Shown here: positions 43,795 through 57,341 of the stretch, one piece after another
Position numbering within the stretch: the first letter of the stretch is position 1
Layout: the number at the start of each line of letters is the position of its first letter
Assembly: GCF_009914755.1 (NCBI RefSeq)
Contig: NC_060934.1
Source of the DNA: the human T2T-CHM13v2.0 reference genome, Homo sapiens
Direction: 5' to 3' (one strand)
DNA length: 64,000 nt
Program-made: the position numbers and the translations under genes
Notes under the pieces: model-generated
Seen by the model: the letters and a program-made list of their open reading frames with translations, nothing else
The model's database searches: none
What the model was told of the DNA's origin: nothing

Positions 43795-43963
43795 AGGACA
43801 GGAGCCATATGGTCTCAGTTGTGATGACTCAAACTCTGCCACTGTGGCACAAAAATAGCTATAGTTATTATGTAAACAAAGGTTATATAAGGTATGGTTA
43901 TCTTCCAATAAAACTTTATTTACAAAAATAGGCAGCCCCTGGGAAGTAGTTTGCCTACCCCTG
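43795..43963 (+). mobile_element. MER58A hAT-Charlie MITE
   Basis: 'ccatatggtctcagttgtgatgactcaaactctgccactgtggc...ccaataaaactttatttacaaaaataggc...gtagtttgcctacccctg'. Confidence 0.75.
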
Positions 43964-44242
43964 AGGTAGGTGTTATACCCAATAATCATTTTTAACTCTT
44001 ACGTCCAATCAAATTTCAAATGCATATCAGTTTATCAAACACTCACAGAGTATGTGCTCTTTACTGGACGTGATTAAGGTCCAGCTCTTATCTCTGAAGC
44101 AAGCTGCGTAGATATCTACTACTATGTAGTCTTACTGTCCCACTATAAAGAGCCTCATACTTGGTCTTCCATCTAATTTCTTTCTAAACCCTTCAGATTT
44201 GAAGGTATTCTCTCTTTAGAGGTCACAGATATTTTGTGCCAC

Positions 44243-44872
44243 TGATATGGCTTTGATGAAGGGAGGAACACCAGGTTCTTCGTTTCGAGTTGAATTAGAT
44301 AAAATGACACCGATACACGTGGAGTGGTTTTAAGGAGAGGAGAGTTTAATAGGCAAAAGGGGAGAAGGTAGAAGGAAGAAGCTCCCCAGTACAGAGACAG
44401 AGGGAGGGGGGCTCCAAAGCCTAAAGAGGAGACCCTGAATTCGGAGGATACCAGCCAGTTCTATGCAAAGGCTGGAGGAGATGGTGTCTGATTTCCATAG
44501 GGCTCAGGGGATTAGTTTGACCATGCATGTCGTTTATATAGACCGTGAAAAACCTGGCCCTCCCATCCCAGTTCTTTAATATGCAAATACAGGGCACCAT
44601 AATGTTCTACACATGTAGGGATATGTGGGGGCGGCCATGCTGTCAGGCACATGTAGGGGCAAGGGCAAGAGAGCAACAGTGGGAATTGCCATGTTGGGTG
44701 GACCCGGTTTCCAACGGCTTGCATTTGCGTATTAAAGGTTGCCAGCCTGGGTCTAAGAACCAGGACTTTCATGCTAGACAAGAAACACTTTTTTGGAGCT
44801 GTGAAAAAACCTTCCATGTACCCCTTTTCCTCTCTATCTGCCTAAAACAATTTCTTAATAACTCCTACCACA
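44243..44872 (-). mobile_element. Complete solo LTR, LTR9-like (ERV1)
   Basis: TG...CA termini. 4-bp TSD CCAC at 44239-44242 and 44873-44876. The minus strand begins TGTGGTAGGAGTTATTAAGAAATTGTTTTAGGCAGATAGAGAGGAAAAGGGG, as in recalled LTR9. Confidence 0.85.
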
Positions 44873-46189
44873 CCACAAGAATATGTCAACATAGCGCAAG
44901 TCATGGATACAGAGAGAACGGCATTTCAAAGGCCAATTAACTTATTTGTCATTAATCATCTTATTACAGAAGAACACAAAACACCTGAGTAAGTGGTAAT
45001 GTACAGCCCAAGTTCCCTTTTGTTATTTCTGGAAAGGTCCTCACCTCTAGTATAAATAGGGTTGTTTTAAAACGTGAAATCTAATCATAATATTATTATA
45101 TGACGATACACACACAGGCATACACACTAAGTAAAGGCTCCTGCCTTTGTTATTTATGATTCTGGAAATGTAATGCATGCCTCACTGGCCCTGCTGATGA
45201 CGTCTGCAAGCATCTTTGTTTGATTTTTTTAAAAGCTGGAAGCAACAATGCTGGATGTTGACTTGTTAATGAAGAAAGAGATCTAAGACCTGAGACCTTT
45301 ACTTAGTCAGAGGTTATTTAGCAAATCTGGTTGGCTTTGGATTGAAAAAAAAAATCTATTTTCCTATACTGGAGAGAAAAAGGATGCTAAAGAGGTGAAT
45401 GAGGTTACCTGATCATCACAAAGTGCCTATGCTGCCTTTCTGCAACTAAGGCATTGGAAATTGAAGTGTATAATAATACAGGCACTTCACCCTTTCTGAA
45501 ACTGGTCACACTGATGGTGTTTGTATTATTAGGTTTGCTTTACACATTTACCATAGTTTCCTGCCCAACCAACTCCTCTTGAGAAAATTCTGTGTGGCTC
45601 TATGTACAGCTATGCACTAAATATTGGCAGGAAGCCAAGCATTAATTGGATAAATATCACCCCTTCTGGAAAAATATTTTTCCCAGGTTTTTCTCTTGTA
45701 TCTCCCCTTTCCATTATACCTCGTCCTTGAATTATCTGTATTTACATACTACAGAAGGCACTTCAGGATTCAGGGATGAGTTGAATGACTGGTAATTAAT
45801 TGCTCTATTGGTGATAGAAGACTTTATAGGAGCCATTGCTCATAAAACTGGCACAGGTGTTACCATCTTTCTAGAGGCACCTCTTTTCTGACTTCCCTAA
45901 TCCCTTGATTCCAGGCACAACTCTCTCCTTCGGGCACAACGTAATGTGGATTGGGCTGTATGTGTATTCATGTTTCTATTTCATCACCATAACCTTACAA
46001 AGTATCACTTTACTCATTTATAAAAGGGACAAGCCCATGGAATGGAAGAAGCATTAGAAAAGGTAATGAATGAAATACAAATAGCACCTTGCATCCCACA
46101 ACATGTCTGCTCAATACAAGGTAAACATATTTAAAGCTATGTTAGAGAATTTTAAACCTGAAAGAGGCCTTGAGGAGAACTGAGTCCAT

Positions 46190-46352
46190 AGGTTCCACTG
46201 GCAGGTGCCTGCAACAGAATAACCAGGGATTTCTTGCTCCAAACACTGGTGCTCAGCTTTCCCGTAGACCTAGTGAATCAGACTGTCTCCTGCTTTCATG
46301 TTTTAAAATTGTCTTAGATGATTCTGATGAGCAGTCAGGTTTGTAAGCCAGT
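46190..46352. mobile_element. MER5A-like hAT-Charlie MITE
   Basis: 'agacctagtgaatcagac...agatgattctgatgagcagtcaggtttg'. Confidence 0.6.
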
Positions 46353-47539
46353 ACATCATTTACTCCTTCTTCCAATGCTCAAATCTTCCTCTCAATGGCC
46401 CTGTTATTTGTTCTTCTAGCTTCTTTTCAGTGATAGTGAACTGACTGTCTCCAGGAACAGGCGTGTCCTCATGTGACAGATTTGCACAGTTCTTCCTTCT
46501 ACACACATAAAAGCTGTCATCAGTATTGTCCATTCATTAAAGCCAATTCTAACCATGGGGGTTATGAATAAACAAATTTAACCACTTTTTTTTTCTGTTT
46601 GAAAATGCTCCAGTTATATGAAAAGATTTATTTTCCTACATATTTTCTCCCACGTGTCTAATGTATCCTGATAAAGCCCCTGTCCTGGAGTCCCAGTTTC
46701 TTGTTTACTAGATTTTACCAAATGCTATTTCATTGCTAGAGTTTCAGTGGCCTTATCTTTATACTTTTCTGATAACTGTCCCTCTTTAAAGTATTTTCAA
46801 TGTCTTATTTCAGTCACTTCTTCCACAAACATGTTGCAAATATATTCTTGCCTGTAAGCTTTTGCAAAAGGAATTTTAGGTCTTTTTTGCCTATATGATT
46901 TCTATATTCTCAATCATAATGTAGGTTTTTTAACATCAACACTGTGATTTTTCATATGAGAATCTGAAAATGTAGAAGTAGGTAGGGTTGAAAACCTTAA
47001 GACTCACATGGTGCAACTCCCTAACTCTTAGATCCATTTTAGAGACAAGTCATGGACATCCTGGTGGACTAAGTGGTTTCCTCCTATCTCCTGCTACAAA
47101 AGGCTCCTTATATTAAGATATTACATTTGTATAATGCATAGAATTCAGGCTAACAGCCTGCAGACATGTTGTTTTAATTTATTATAGCCATATATATATA
47201 TAAAGCTAGCAATTAAAAGTCAAAGATTTCACATACTACTCTGGAAAAGAAACATTGAAAGAGCTTGCAGTTTTAGGGTAGCATTCTCAAGTAGTAACAG
47301 TGGGCTGGAGCTAAATGGTACATACCCATTTTGACAGAATTACATGCTCCACATTACCTGTCTAGATATTGTAGACAGTTAATTGTACCTTGCCTCTCTC
47401 TTATATGTATGTTTTTTACTTGAACTGTAGTTTAATACTACGCAATACCCAGAATTGGCATATACATACCCATATATTAAAGAGGTATACACATGAAGTT
47501 ATCTGAGGTTCTTAACATGTGAAGCAGTGCACAGCATTT

Positions 47540-47760
47540 TAGTGGTTTGGAGTAGTTTAGAGTGATTTGGAGTAATAAGCCTCTCTGCTTGAAATCTCCA
47601 GTTTACCACTTACAAGCTGTGCAACATTAGGCAAGTCATTTAATTTTTCTGAAACATGATTTCTTTCTCTGCAAAATGGACAATGTAACATTGTTGGGAA
47701 GCTCAAGGAAGAAAATGAATGGAATAGAAACTTTTAGCCAAGGGCTTAATAAAATTAGCT
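47540..47760 (+). mobile_element. MIR SINE
   Basis: 'accacttacaagctgtgcaacattaggcaagtcatttaatttttctgaaacatgatttctttctctgcaaaatgg'. Confidence 0.7.
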
Positions 47761-48552
47761 ATCTTTATTTTGTACAGACTGGGTACCAGAACTCATATCT
47801 CCTGGACCGAAAATGAAACTGTTTCTATTGTGCAATTCTGCCACACATCTATGTTTCATGTGTGTCCTTGGCCACAGTTTCTGGAGCTTCATAAATGAAG
47901 TCCCTGCTGGGGATACCAGCTGGTTCTAGATGAGCAGTGGAAACATCTCAACATCCTGCCTCAACCTGCCCTGTCCCCAAAGCTTCTTATGTGGTGAACA
48001 GGAAAAAGGCTCTGTGTGACATGACACTTCAATAATATACAAAGGTTGGGTTGTGAGTAGGATCAGATGCTTTTATGTCTATTTAAAAACAATTGGTAAG
48101 TAATACAAAATTGAGAGAATCAAATTACAAGATTTGTTAGGTAAATGAGTAGCCTGGGACTCTACCTCGTGGCCTTTGCAAATCCTAAGAGTCTTATACA
48201 ACATATTGGCTTTGTGTATGGCTTCCCTCTGTTGAATCTGGAAAATTAACTTATGAGAGAAACTTGGGCTACTCCGCATCTCCAGGCCAGAGACAGTCTT
48301 CAAACTTCACATTCTCAGTAGCAATCTCTTCTCTTTCCTGTCCTACCATTTTTTAAATGCTTAGAATGTTGGGGGCAGTGTGGCTGTGTGGAGAGCAGGA
48401 ATGTTCTTGTTTTTTAAGATAGCATTTACTCATGCCTCAGAAACACCCCGAAAGAATCAATACTTCCTCATAAACATTTTCCAGAGTTTGGTCTTGCCTC
48501 ATCTGGTGCAGAATCATTGTTCTTAATTGTATAAAAGAAAAGTGAAATTTCT

Positions 48553-48854
<302 letters not shown>

Positions 48855-50519
48855 AAAAGAAAAGTGAAATTTCTAAACTTATCCAAGACCTTTTAAATTA
48901 TATCCTCAGGAGTGGATCCCAGGAAAGTGTCTTTCTCTCCTTTTTCCCTTCAAACCCCCTAGATTATTGAAATACACTGAAGTTTGAGAATTAAGTAATC
49001 CATGTTCAGAGAAATGTGATAGCCTCTGAACTAGGCATAGAGATGAAGAGAGAATTGGCATCACTCCAGCAACAAGTGTTACTGTAAATTTAGACATATG
49101 AGGAATACAAAGCTGTAGGTCAAGCTCTTTAGAAGTACGCAGGTTTCCTTGGCTCTGAAAATGTAAAAAATGAGAACTATGTAAGAAAATAAGAACTTCC
49201 ATGATTAAATATGAGAATGAATTTTGCTAATAATAATTGCTGTAGGGTTTTGGGAATGGGCCAAGGAAGCATAATGGGAACAATTTGGAAAGGAAGTGAT
49301 ACGATTTAAAGTAGGTCTTAAAATATGTTCAATCTTTACATGGATGGATAAAAGAGAAGGGGGATTTTTATGGTGGCAGGAGGGAACTACATGAATAGAT
49401 GTGAGGTGTTAGTAAATACAGGGGTTTAGGTTAATGAAGGATTGAGAGGGTGTATTGAAGATAGAGGTATATACAAAGTCATGTAGGTGCTTATGAAAGT
49501 AGTCAGGACAAGGGTTGAGATCCTAAACTTCAAAGTAGATCGTTATGCTTTAGTGAAAAGGCGATCTCTTGATCCAGCACAGTGAACATACAAGCCTTTC
49601 CATAACAGTGAAATTTGACCAGGCATTTGAGCAACAGAGTCCCTTCTCCCCACATAAGACTTTGATCTGGAAATGTGTGGACAGGCTTCACTTTGGGCAA
49701 ACAAAAATGAAAACCATATCCAAGGCAGAATAAAGCATTTGTAAAGCAAGGCAACCCTATTCAAACAGCAGGGGGAAGTGAAAAGAGGGAAAATAAGTGG
49801 AAAGCCAGAGATTTACCTTTCTCTGCTTGTTGCTTTAGCTATGTCTCAAGGGGCTGCTCCCCCACTCTGCAAAACCAGACGGTACCTCTCTGGTAATCTG
49901 TGTGTGCAGCAGGATCAACCTACAAAGCATAGCTTTATAAAATATAGTTGCTGAAATGGGAACTGGCAGCCTCATTCATTTTAAATAAGACTAAAACATA
50001 AAATCACTTTCTTTTTCAAGGTTTCAGATTGCATTTAATATTTCTTATGCTAAATCCCAGATCACTTGAAAACCCCATAGAAGATTAAACTCATGTTCTT
50101 TTTCTTATACTCTTACAATACTGGCAAAATAAAGTTTTTGCCCTTCCTTTTTTTTTTTTTAATCCTTTAACCAGGTCAGTGTCATTCATTCACACTGCTC
50201 TGAGACTGTGCTAGGTGGCACAGAGAGTCTCTAAGGCACGATGTGGACAAGATTTAGTGCTGAGGAATTTGGTTGAGATCCTAGCTAAATATAGCTCAGT
50301 GGCAAGGAAGGTCTTCATTTTATGAGAGGACTTCAGTGGGCATAAAAGACCAACCTATTGTAGCAAGGCTGAAAATCCCCATAATCTGGGAAAGGTATTA
50401 CCAGCCTTATTCCATGTGTTGGTCTAAAAATCAGTGTGATTCCTATTTTACACACTGGTTTAACCTAGCATATTTGCATACTTGCTCAGTTTAGTGAATG
50501 TCTGTTATCATTTTAGTCA

Positions 50520-50960
50520 TGCAACTTGGAATCCCCCTTCCTTAATAAAAAATACCCTCATTTCCCTCTGAGGAGCTAGAACTTCCCTAATCTCACAATG
50601 TGTGCTTTGGGTGGAGATGAGTCTACCTCCAGCTCCAAAGGAGGCATCTGATTTAGCCCTGAACCTCTTTTTTGACCACAAAGTTGGATGCATAGGTAGA
50701 TAGAGGAATAAATTGGAGCCAATAAAACTAATCTTAGGATATGGTTGAAACGACCAAAAAAAGGAGGTCTTTTTTTCTTTGCCTTCTATAATTTCCACAG
50801 CCATCTTTTCATCACAATGGGACAGCCTGTCTGAGAATGAGGCCAGTGCAAAGAAGAAAGTGGAGCCCACGTACAGAGAGATGATACATTGATGATATCA
50901 TGTGTCCTAGATTCATGCTTCATATGAAGGTAAATTTTACCTTTGATGTTTTGTGTGTTC
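50520..50960. mobile_element. Old MaLR LTR (MLT1K/L-like) remnant
   Basis: 'cagccatcttttcatcacaatgggacagcctgtctgagaatgaggccagtgcaaagaag...gatgatatcatgtgtcctagattca'. Confidence 0.5.
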
Positions 50961-51054
50961 ATTAAAAAATACAACATTATATCAAGATACTGAGGTAGCA
51001 TTCAATGGTAAATGTCAGTGGTATGCTGACTGCCAAATATTTGCCAACTGGATG

Positions 51055-51056
<2 letters not shown>

Positions 51057-51096
<40 letters not shown>
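51057..51096 (+). repeat. (GT)~20 microsatellite
   Basis: Uninterrupted dinucleotide run. Confidence 0.95.
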
Positions 51097-51097
<1 letters not shown>

Positions 51098-51569
51098 AAG
51101 AGGGAGATGAGGGTAAAGCTCTGATTTACAGTGTTTTCTAATCTCCATAAACATTCTCCTATGCCAACTTTGAGCTACCAGCTTGAGGTCACTGAACATA
51201 GTCCTGGGAAGAGATGTATACTGTAGATTCTTGCAAGCTGATGAGAGCTAGCTCCAAGGTATCACTGGTTAGATTATATGCTAGCTTTCAGTAAGTCTAA
51301 AAAATTTTTCTCCTAGTATTTATCAGTCATTTTGGAAACATTACACCTTTTTCAAAAATCTGTAAAATATTGCTATGAGACATAGTGATGCCTGGAACAC
51401 TTCCTTTCCAGTTTGTCAGCAGAGGATGAAGAATAGCATCATCTCCCATTAACACAAGGGTAGGGATAGGTTTAGAATACTTCAGATACATCATACAACT
51501 CTGACTTAGTAATGGGAGGTAAGAGGTGATCAGAACAGAAGCACACATATCAGAAAGACTTCATACCTG

Positions 51570-51790
51570 TGTGGCAATATTTAGATTTATCTTTCATATG
51601 GAAACCTGGGAAAGCCAGTGAAGTTTTCTGAGTCTCCCTTTGCACATCTTTAAAATTGGTTGGTTACTAATACCTAAGTTACGGAGTTGATAAGAGAACT
51701 AAATCTGATAAGCTATGTGAAAGGGCTTAGCATAATGTGGAGAACATGGTGAGTGTCCAGTAAATATTAGTGATAATGATCATAACTATT
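51570..51790 (+). mobile_element. MIR SINE
   Basis: 'ttctgagtctccctttgcacatctttaaaattgg...gtgaaagggcttagcataatg'. Confidence 0.6.
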
Positions 51791-51809
51791 AATATAAATA
51801 AATAATCCA

Positions 51810-52812
51810 CTACTTTTTTCTCTCCTCTCCTTCTAGGAGTCCCATTATACCGATACTGAAACACTGAAGTCTTGTTCGTGTCTTTTTTATGTTTTTCAGA
51901 TTGGGTAATTTCTATTGATCTGTTTTCATTATCATTGACTCTGATTTTCTTTTGCTCTCCAATTGGCTGTAAAGACCATTGGTCCATTTTTCAATTTATA
52001 TGTTTTAATTTGAGATCCTAGAATTTTCATTTGTTTCTTTACAAATAATTAATCTGTTGATTTTCACTTTGAAATCACTCTTTTTCTGTTAATTTAACAC
52101 GTGATATATTGACATTTTTTAAATTGATTGCTCTTTCTCTGAATCTTGCTTAACATTGCCTCATTTCATTATGCTTTTGGTAAATTTTGATTGTCTACTA
52201 GACATTTTGAATGTATGATGCACTGTGGACTCTGGCTTCAGTTATCTTCCTCTGAAGTGCATTTATTTTTATTTTAATAAGTACTTAAATTATCGACTGA
52301 TCACAATGAAGTTGTGCATTCTTTGGTTTACAATTTTTTTTCTTCCTTCAGATTTCCCTTAATTCTATGGTCAGTCTTTAGTCCTGGGACCTAGCCTCTA
52401 CTCCTAAAGCTTACCCCGTCTGGGGTTTCAGTGGAAAACCCAAGGTGACTACCACTTGTCTAATGGTAGTATCCAAGCTCCGAATTCTTTTTTTTTTTTT
52501 TAACCTGTGGTAGAGAACAGCTGAAATTTCCACTCAGCTTTTTCAGATATGTACTTATTGCTCTCTTCTACGTTCTTTGGATATATGTGAAATTCAGGGT
52601 CAGCCACGATGTGAGAGGAGTTCACAGGTAAATTGTGGAGCCAACCCAATGTGGCTTTCCCCTTATCAGGACTAGTCTCTCAATTTCCAGATACTTTGTC
52701 AGCTGCAGTCTCTGTCCTCTAACACAGTGGTCCCCAAGCTTTCTGGCACCAGGGACTGGTGTCACGGAAGACAATTTTTCCATGGACTGGAGGTGGAGGC
52801 GGAGGCAGAGGC

Positions 52813-52859
<47 letters not shown>

Positions 52860-53400
52860 TTTCTGGATGAAACTGTTCCACTTCAGATCATCAGGCATTA
52901 GATTCTCATAAGGAGTGCGTAACCTAGGTCCCTCACATTCACAGTTCACAACAGGGTTCGCACTCCTCTGAGACTCCAATGCTCTGTTAATCTGCAGGAG
53001 GCAGAGCTTAGGCGGTAATGCTCCTTAGCTGCTCACCTCCTGCTGTGCGCCCAGGTTCCTCACAAGCCACAGACTGGTACTGGTCCATGGCAGCTGGGGG
53101 GCTGGCACCCCTGCTCTAGCATACCAAACCAACCAGCCTGCAGCTTTTTACCTGAGTTTCAGCAATCACATACCACACAATGATGTGAAGTAACCCTAAA
53201 ATAAAATCTGTAACATACCCAGTGCCACTTCCTTTCTTCAAAGGTCAAATGGTCAAATGGTCTCCAGCTTTTGCCTGATTTTTATCATTCTCTAGTGCCT
53301 TCAAACAGTATTTTTACCATTTTTCCAGAGTTTTAAAGTTTATTAAAGAGGAGTAAATGTAACACAAGATACTCTCATGTTATTGGAACTGTAATCAACC
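51810..53400 (-). mobile_element. Old L1M 5'/ORF1 remnant containing MER1B
   Basis: 'tctctcctctccttctaggagtcccattatac', 'ttcagattgggtaatttctattgatctgttttc' are antisense L1M ORF1 motifs. Confidence 0.55.
52725..53113 (+). mobile_element. MER1B hAT-Charlie element with internal (TG)~22
   Basis: Termini CAGTGGTCCCCAA...GGCACCCCTG. 8-bp TSD ctctaaca (52717-52724) and ctctagca (53114-53121). Internal 'gatgaaactgttccacttcagatcatcaggcattagattctcataaggag'. Confidence 0.9.
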
Positions 53401-54931
53401 CATTCCTTTTCCATTTGTATCATTTTAGGCGGTTTCTATATTTCTCACCTATTGAAATTCCTCATTCTTGTATTCTAGAAATAATATGCTTTTAAAAATG
53501 TTATTTTTAGCATTCTGGTGCCTTAGAGTAGGTGAGGGTATAGCTTATGCTGAGTTCTTCACATTGAATGAAACTTTCCAGAGGTAGTTATTAAATGGCT
53601 TTCTTGGTTAAGCATTCACCACTAATTTCATTCAAATATATTCTGGTAATGAGTAAACATCAGTTTTTCCTACTGCTAGAAATAATTCTCCCATGTTTTC
53701 ATTATGATCTAGGGTCCTTTTAACAAGCTCCTAGAGAATAGGTTTCTTACAGGTTTAAGTGGAAAAATAATTTCACATGGGGTATTTGTAGGGTCCAGAG
53801 GTGACTGACATTATCATGCATTTATGTATTATTTCTCAGGACTCAGAGCCAATTGAACCTGTACATAGACAATAACCTGAAAGGCAAGATAGATGCAGGT
53901 TTGGGCTACCCAGAAACAGGTGGCATCTTTGGTAGTGTCAAGCCTGGCCTCCTTTTGTGCAGACTGAAGTTTGGCTTGTGTTTTTCCATCAGCCTAAGCT
54001 TTTCCACTTACCCTCAGTAAACCTAGGCTCTATCCCAGCTGCTTCTAAATTTGCCAAGTGTAAATGAGCTCAGGCTGCTGAGGAAAAAAAAAAAAAAAAA
54101 AGCCTGGGACACTAAGGAAAATAGCAGAAGAAACTCTTCAAAACTCTTTACCCCCCAGTGACTTATGAGACAGCTTCTAGAATAAGCAACTACAATCTTT
54201 TCCTCCTTCTTTGTTATTTAAAAGAAAACATCAAACCAACACTACTTAAAGTTTAATTATTCTGACTAGGAGGGAAGTTCTTATCTCAGCTGTGATCTTA
54301 ATTGAGATTGATTTGAAATCTAGCTAAGAGTTCTCCTTGACAGGAGATATCACAGAGGCAGACAAGTTTAACGTTACCCAGCGAACTTGGTGAGATGCAG
54401 AATCCCCTTCCAAGTTTCTTAAGGCATCACTAGCAGAGGAAAACGGTAACGATTTGTCGTTTCGTTTTGTTTAGGATCTATATATACTCTGTTACCAAAA
54501 GATGGACTAAACTGTGTCATCTGGTCCTTTTCAAATGGAAGTCCTAATTGACAGTCTTCAGACTATCAGTCCTGTGCATCAGCTATTATTTGAGTTATCA
54601 TGCTATCATTCCAGAGAACCCACAGTCAGATGCCAGTGTAGGTGTTTCATATTTTCTATGTTCAAGGAATTATAAGATGTTTTGGAGAGATAAGGAAATA
54701 AGTTTAGCATCACACACACTTACCTACATAATCTATGGTGTTATTGAGCATCTTGGTTATACGTTTCATTTTTTGTTGTTTGCTTTGGGATGTAGCTGAT
54801 TCAGCTGTAGGTGCACTCAAGTGTGTGAATGCAGGCATATGCCATTTAAATTCATGAATTACATGTCCATACATTGCAATAAGACTTTCCATTTATTAAT
54901 TCATTCATATTTAATAAACAGTAAATGCAGG

Positions 54932-55470
54932 TGTTAGTTTCAAGTTCAGGTTCCAGTCCATGCTGAGGTCCAAAGGGAGTGGGTGGATGAATGACACATA
55001 GCTGGAAGAACACTCAGGGGGCCGTAGGTAGGTGAAATATGGCTTTATTCAGCCACTCTGATCAGTAGCTCTCTTACACTGTCTGCTCTGTCTTGGCTGC
55101 TCCCACACACGACTGCGCGGCCTGCTCTTTCTTCAGAGTCAGCAGCTTAACTCTTTCTCTGGGCACAAGCTGGCCAGGCTGTGTCCTGGCCAACCCCCGC
55201 CCTCCATTCATCTGCAAAGACAGACAGCTCTGGCTCTCTCTCTCTCTCTTTCTCTGGGTGCGGGCACACCTGTACATTGTCAGCAGAGAAATTATACCTT
55301 TTACAGACAATAGCAGCATAGGGCCAAGGGATGGCCTCCCCATGTTATGGCTACACAGCTGTGACAACAAGTGGAGTTATATGCCTGCGCTCTAAACTTG
55401 CTGAGTCAGGTGGGATGGAAACATCCTACCTTGGCCTATCCTTGACCAAAGCACAGCCATATTCCTTACA
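54932..55470 (-). mobile_element. Complete solo LTR, LTR18-like (ERVL)
   Basis: TG...CA termini. 5-bp TSD GCAGG at 54927-54931 and 55471-55475. The minus strand starts TGTAAGGAATATGGCTGTGCTTTGGTCAAGGATAGGCC and has AATAAA near 55045. Confidence 0.82.
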
Positions 55471-56489
55471 GCAGGGCACCTGGGGTAACTTGAAGCTAGC
55501 CAAAATTTGGTTGGAAGAGATAGCTGGTTATGATGGTGGGAAATGTGGTGCCAGGCACCTTTCCAATGAAACATTTTCCTCCTGATAGTCTCTTACTGGG
55601 GCCAATTTTGCCACTACAATTTACTTCTTTGGATTGGGTCATGGCTACTTTGAAATAACTTTTTTTTTAAGTACTGTGTTCAGTGGAGGAGAGGTGGGAG
55701 AAGTTTGGAACAAGGAGGTGACCAACTTTATTTTTAGACATGCTGATTTTTAGTTGTCTGTGGGCATCGGGATGAAGGGGTCAAGGTGGATACACTTGTC
55801 AGTATTCAGGGAACAGATTGTGGTTAGAGAATTATGTTTAGAAGGGTCTGTATATCCAAGCTAACAGAAACCATGGGTGTTTATGTAATTAGCTAGGGAG
55901 AGGTTTAAAACTAAGATGAGATGCTTGTTGCTATTCTATGAAGCAGATATTATTATTCCAATTTCAATAGAAGAAAATTAGTCCCATGGAGTTTACTTAA
56001 TTTTTATTTAATCACTAAGTCGTGATGCCAAAAATAGAACCAAGTTCTCTTAGTCAAAATTATCATTTGTTGAGTCATGATCTCTTTCTTGCCCACAGGT
56101 AGCTATTGGGGCCCAGCATGCATAAGGTACTATAGAGCTAAGAAAACAAGCAGAAGGCACATGATTGGCCCCCAGGCAAGAGTGGGACTGTACGAGTTTA
56201 GAATGAATCTCTTTGTCACTATTTACACCACTTGTCTCTTTTAGGCCTTTCATTGTATTATTGGTCACTTCTTTTCAAGTCACGGTCTGTAGGCCCTGCT
56301 GGAATCTTTTTCTGAAGAGGTCTAATGGTTTACTTTTGTCAAAGAGGAAAGAACTGAACTTTTCAACCAAACATTCAAGGTCCCCTGAGTCTGGACTAAC
56401 TGTGCTTTCCGGTTTTATTTCACGCTTCCTCCCAGAACGGAGTCTTTCCTCCAGCCAGACAGATCTTGTCACTATTCTCTTGTTTTAGT

Positions 56490-56990
56490 GATCTATTTCT
56501 ATGTAATAATATGCCCCAAATTTAGTAGCATGAGCAATAAGCAACAGTCATTTTTATGCTTGCCTCTCACAACTCTTGGAGTTGTCTGAATTAAACTAGG
56601 CATTCTTTGCTTGAATTTCTCATGCAATTGAAGACAGGTGGCAGCTGGAACCGACGCCATCTTGAAGGCTTCTTTATTCACAAGTACGGACCATGAGCTG
56701 AGAAGACTCAAAGATCTGGGGGATTAATCTCCTAGATTTCTTCAGTCATCTTCTTCTTCATGTAGTATCTCTGTGTGGTCTGCCCAGTGTGGCAGCTTTG
56801 GTGTAGCTGGTGGGTCGGGACCCTGGTGGATCAGGTTTCCAAAGACACCTACCCCATAAAAGAGAGAGCTAGGCAGAAACTAACATCTTTTGTGATTTAA
56901 CCTTGGAAGACATGCAGCATCATTTTTACCACATTCTATTTGTTATAAGCAAGTCACTAAGGCCAGGGCCATATTCAAGGAGAATGCAAC
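56490..56990 (-). mobile_element. MLT1 (G/H-like) LTR
   Basis: 'ccccaaatttagtagcatgagcaataagcaacagtcattt...cacattctatttgttataagcaagtcactaaggccagggccatattcaagg'. Confidence 0.65.
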
Positions 56991-56996
56991 TAAACA

Positions 56997-56999
56997 TTT

Positions 57000-57030
<31 letters not shown>

Positions 57031-57045
57031 TATATATATATAAAA
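56997..57045. repeat. (AT)n tract adjoining the Alu tail
   Basis: tttt(at)11aaaa(ta)7taaaa. Confidence 0.9.
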
Positions 57046-57048
57046 TTG

Positions 57049-57341
<293 letters not shown>

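Noticed and set aside
45045-45210. TATA box (tataaata) plus CRE-like tgacgtct as a promoter
   Set aside because: These are isolated short motifs in AT-rich DNA, with the CRE-like site downstream of the TATA and no CpG island or other support.
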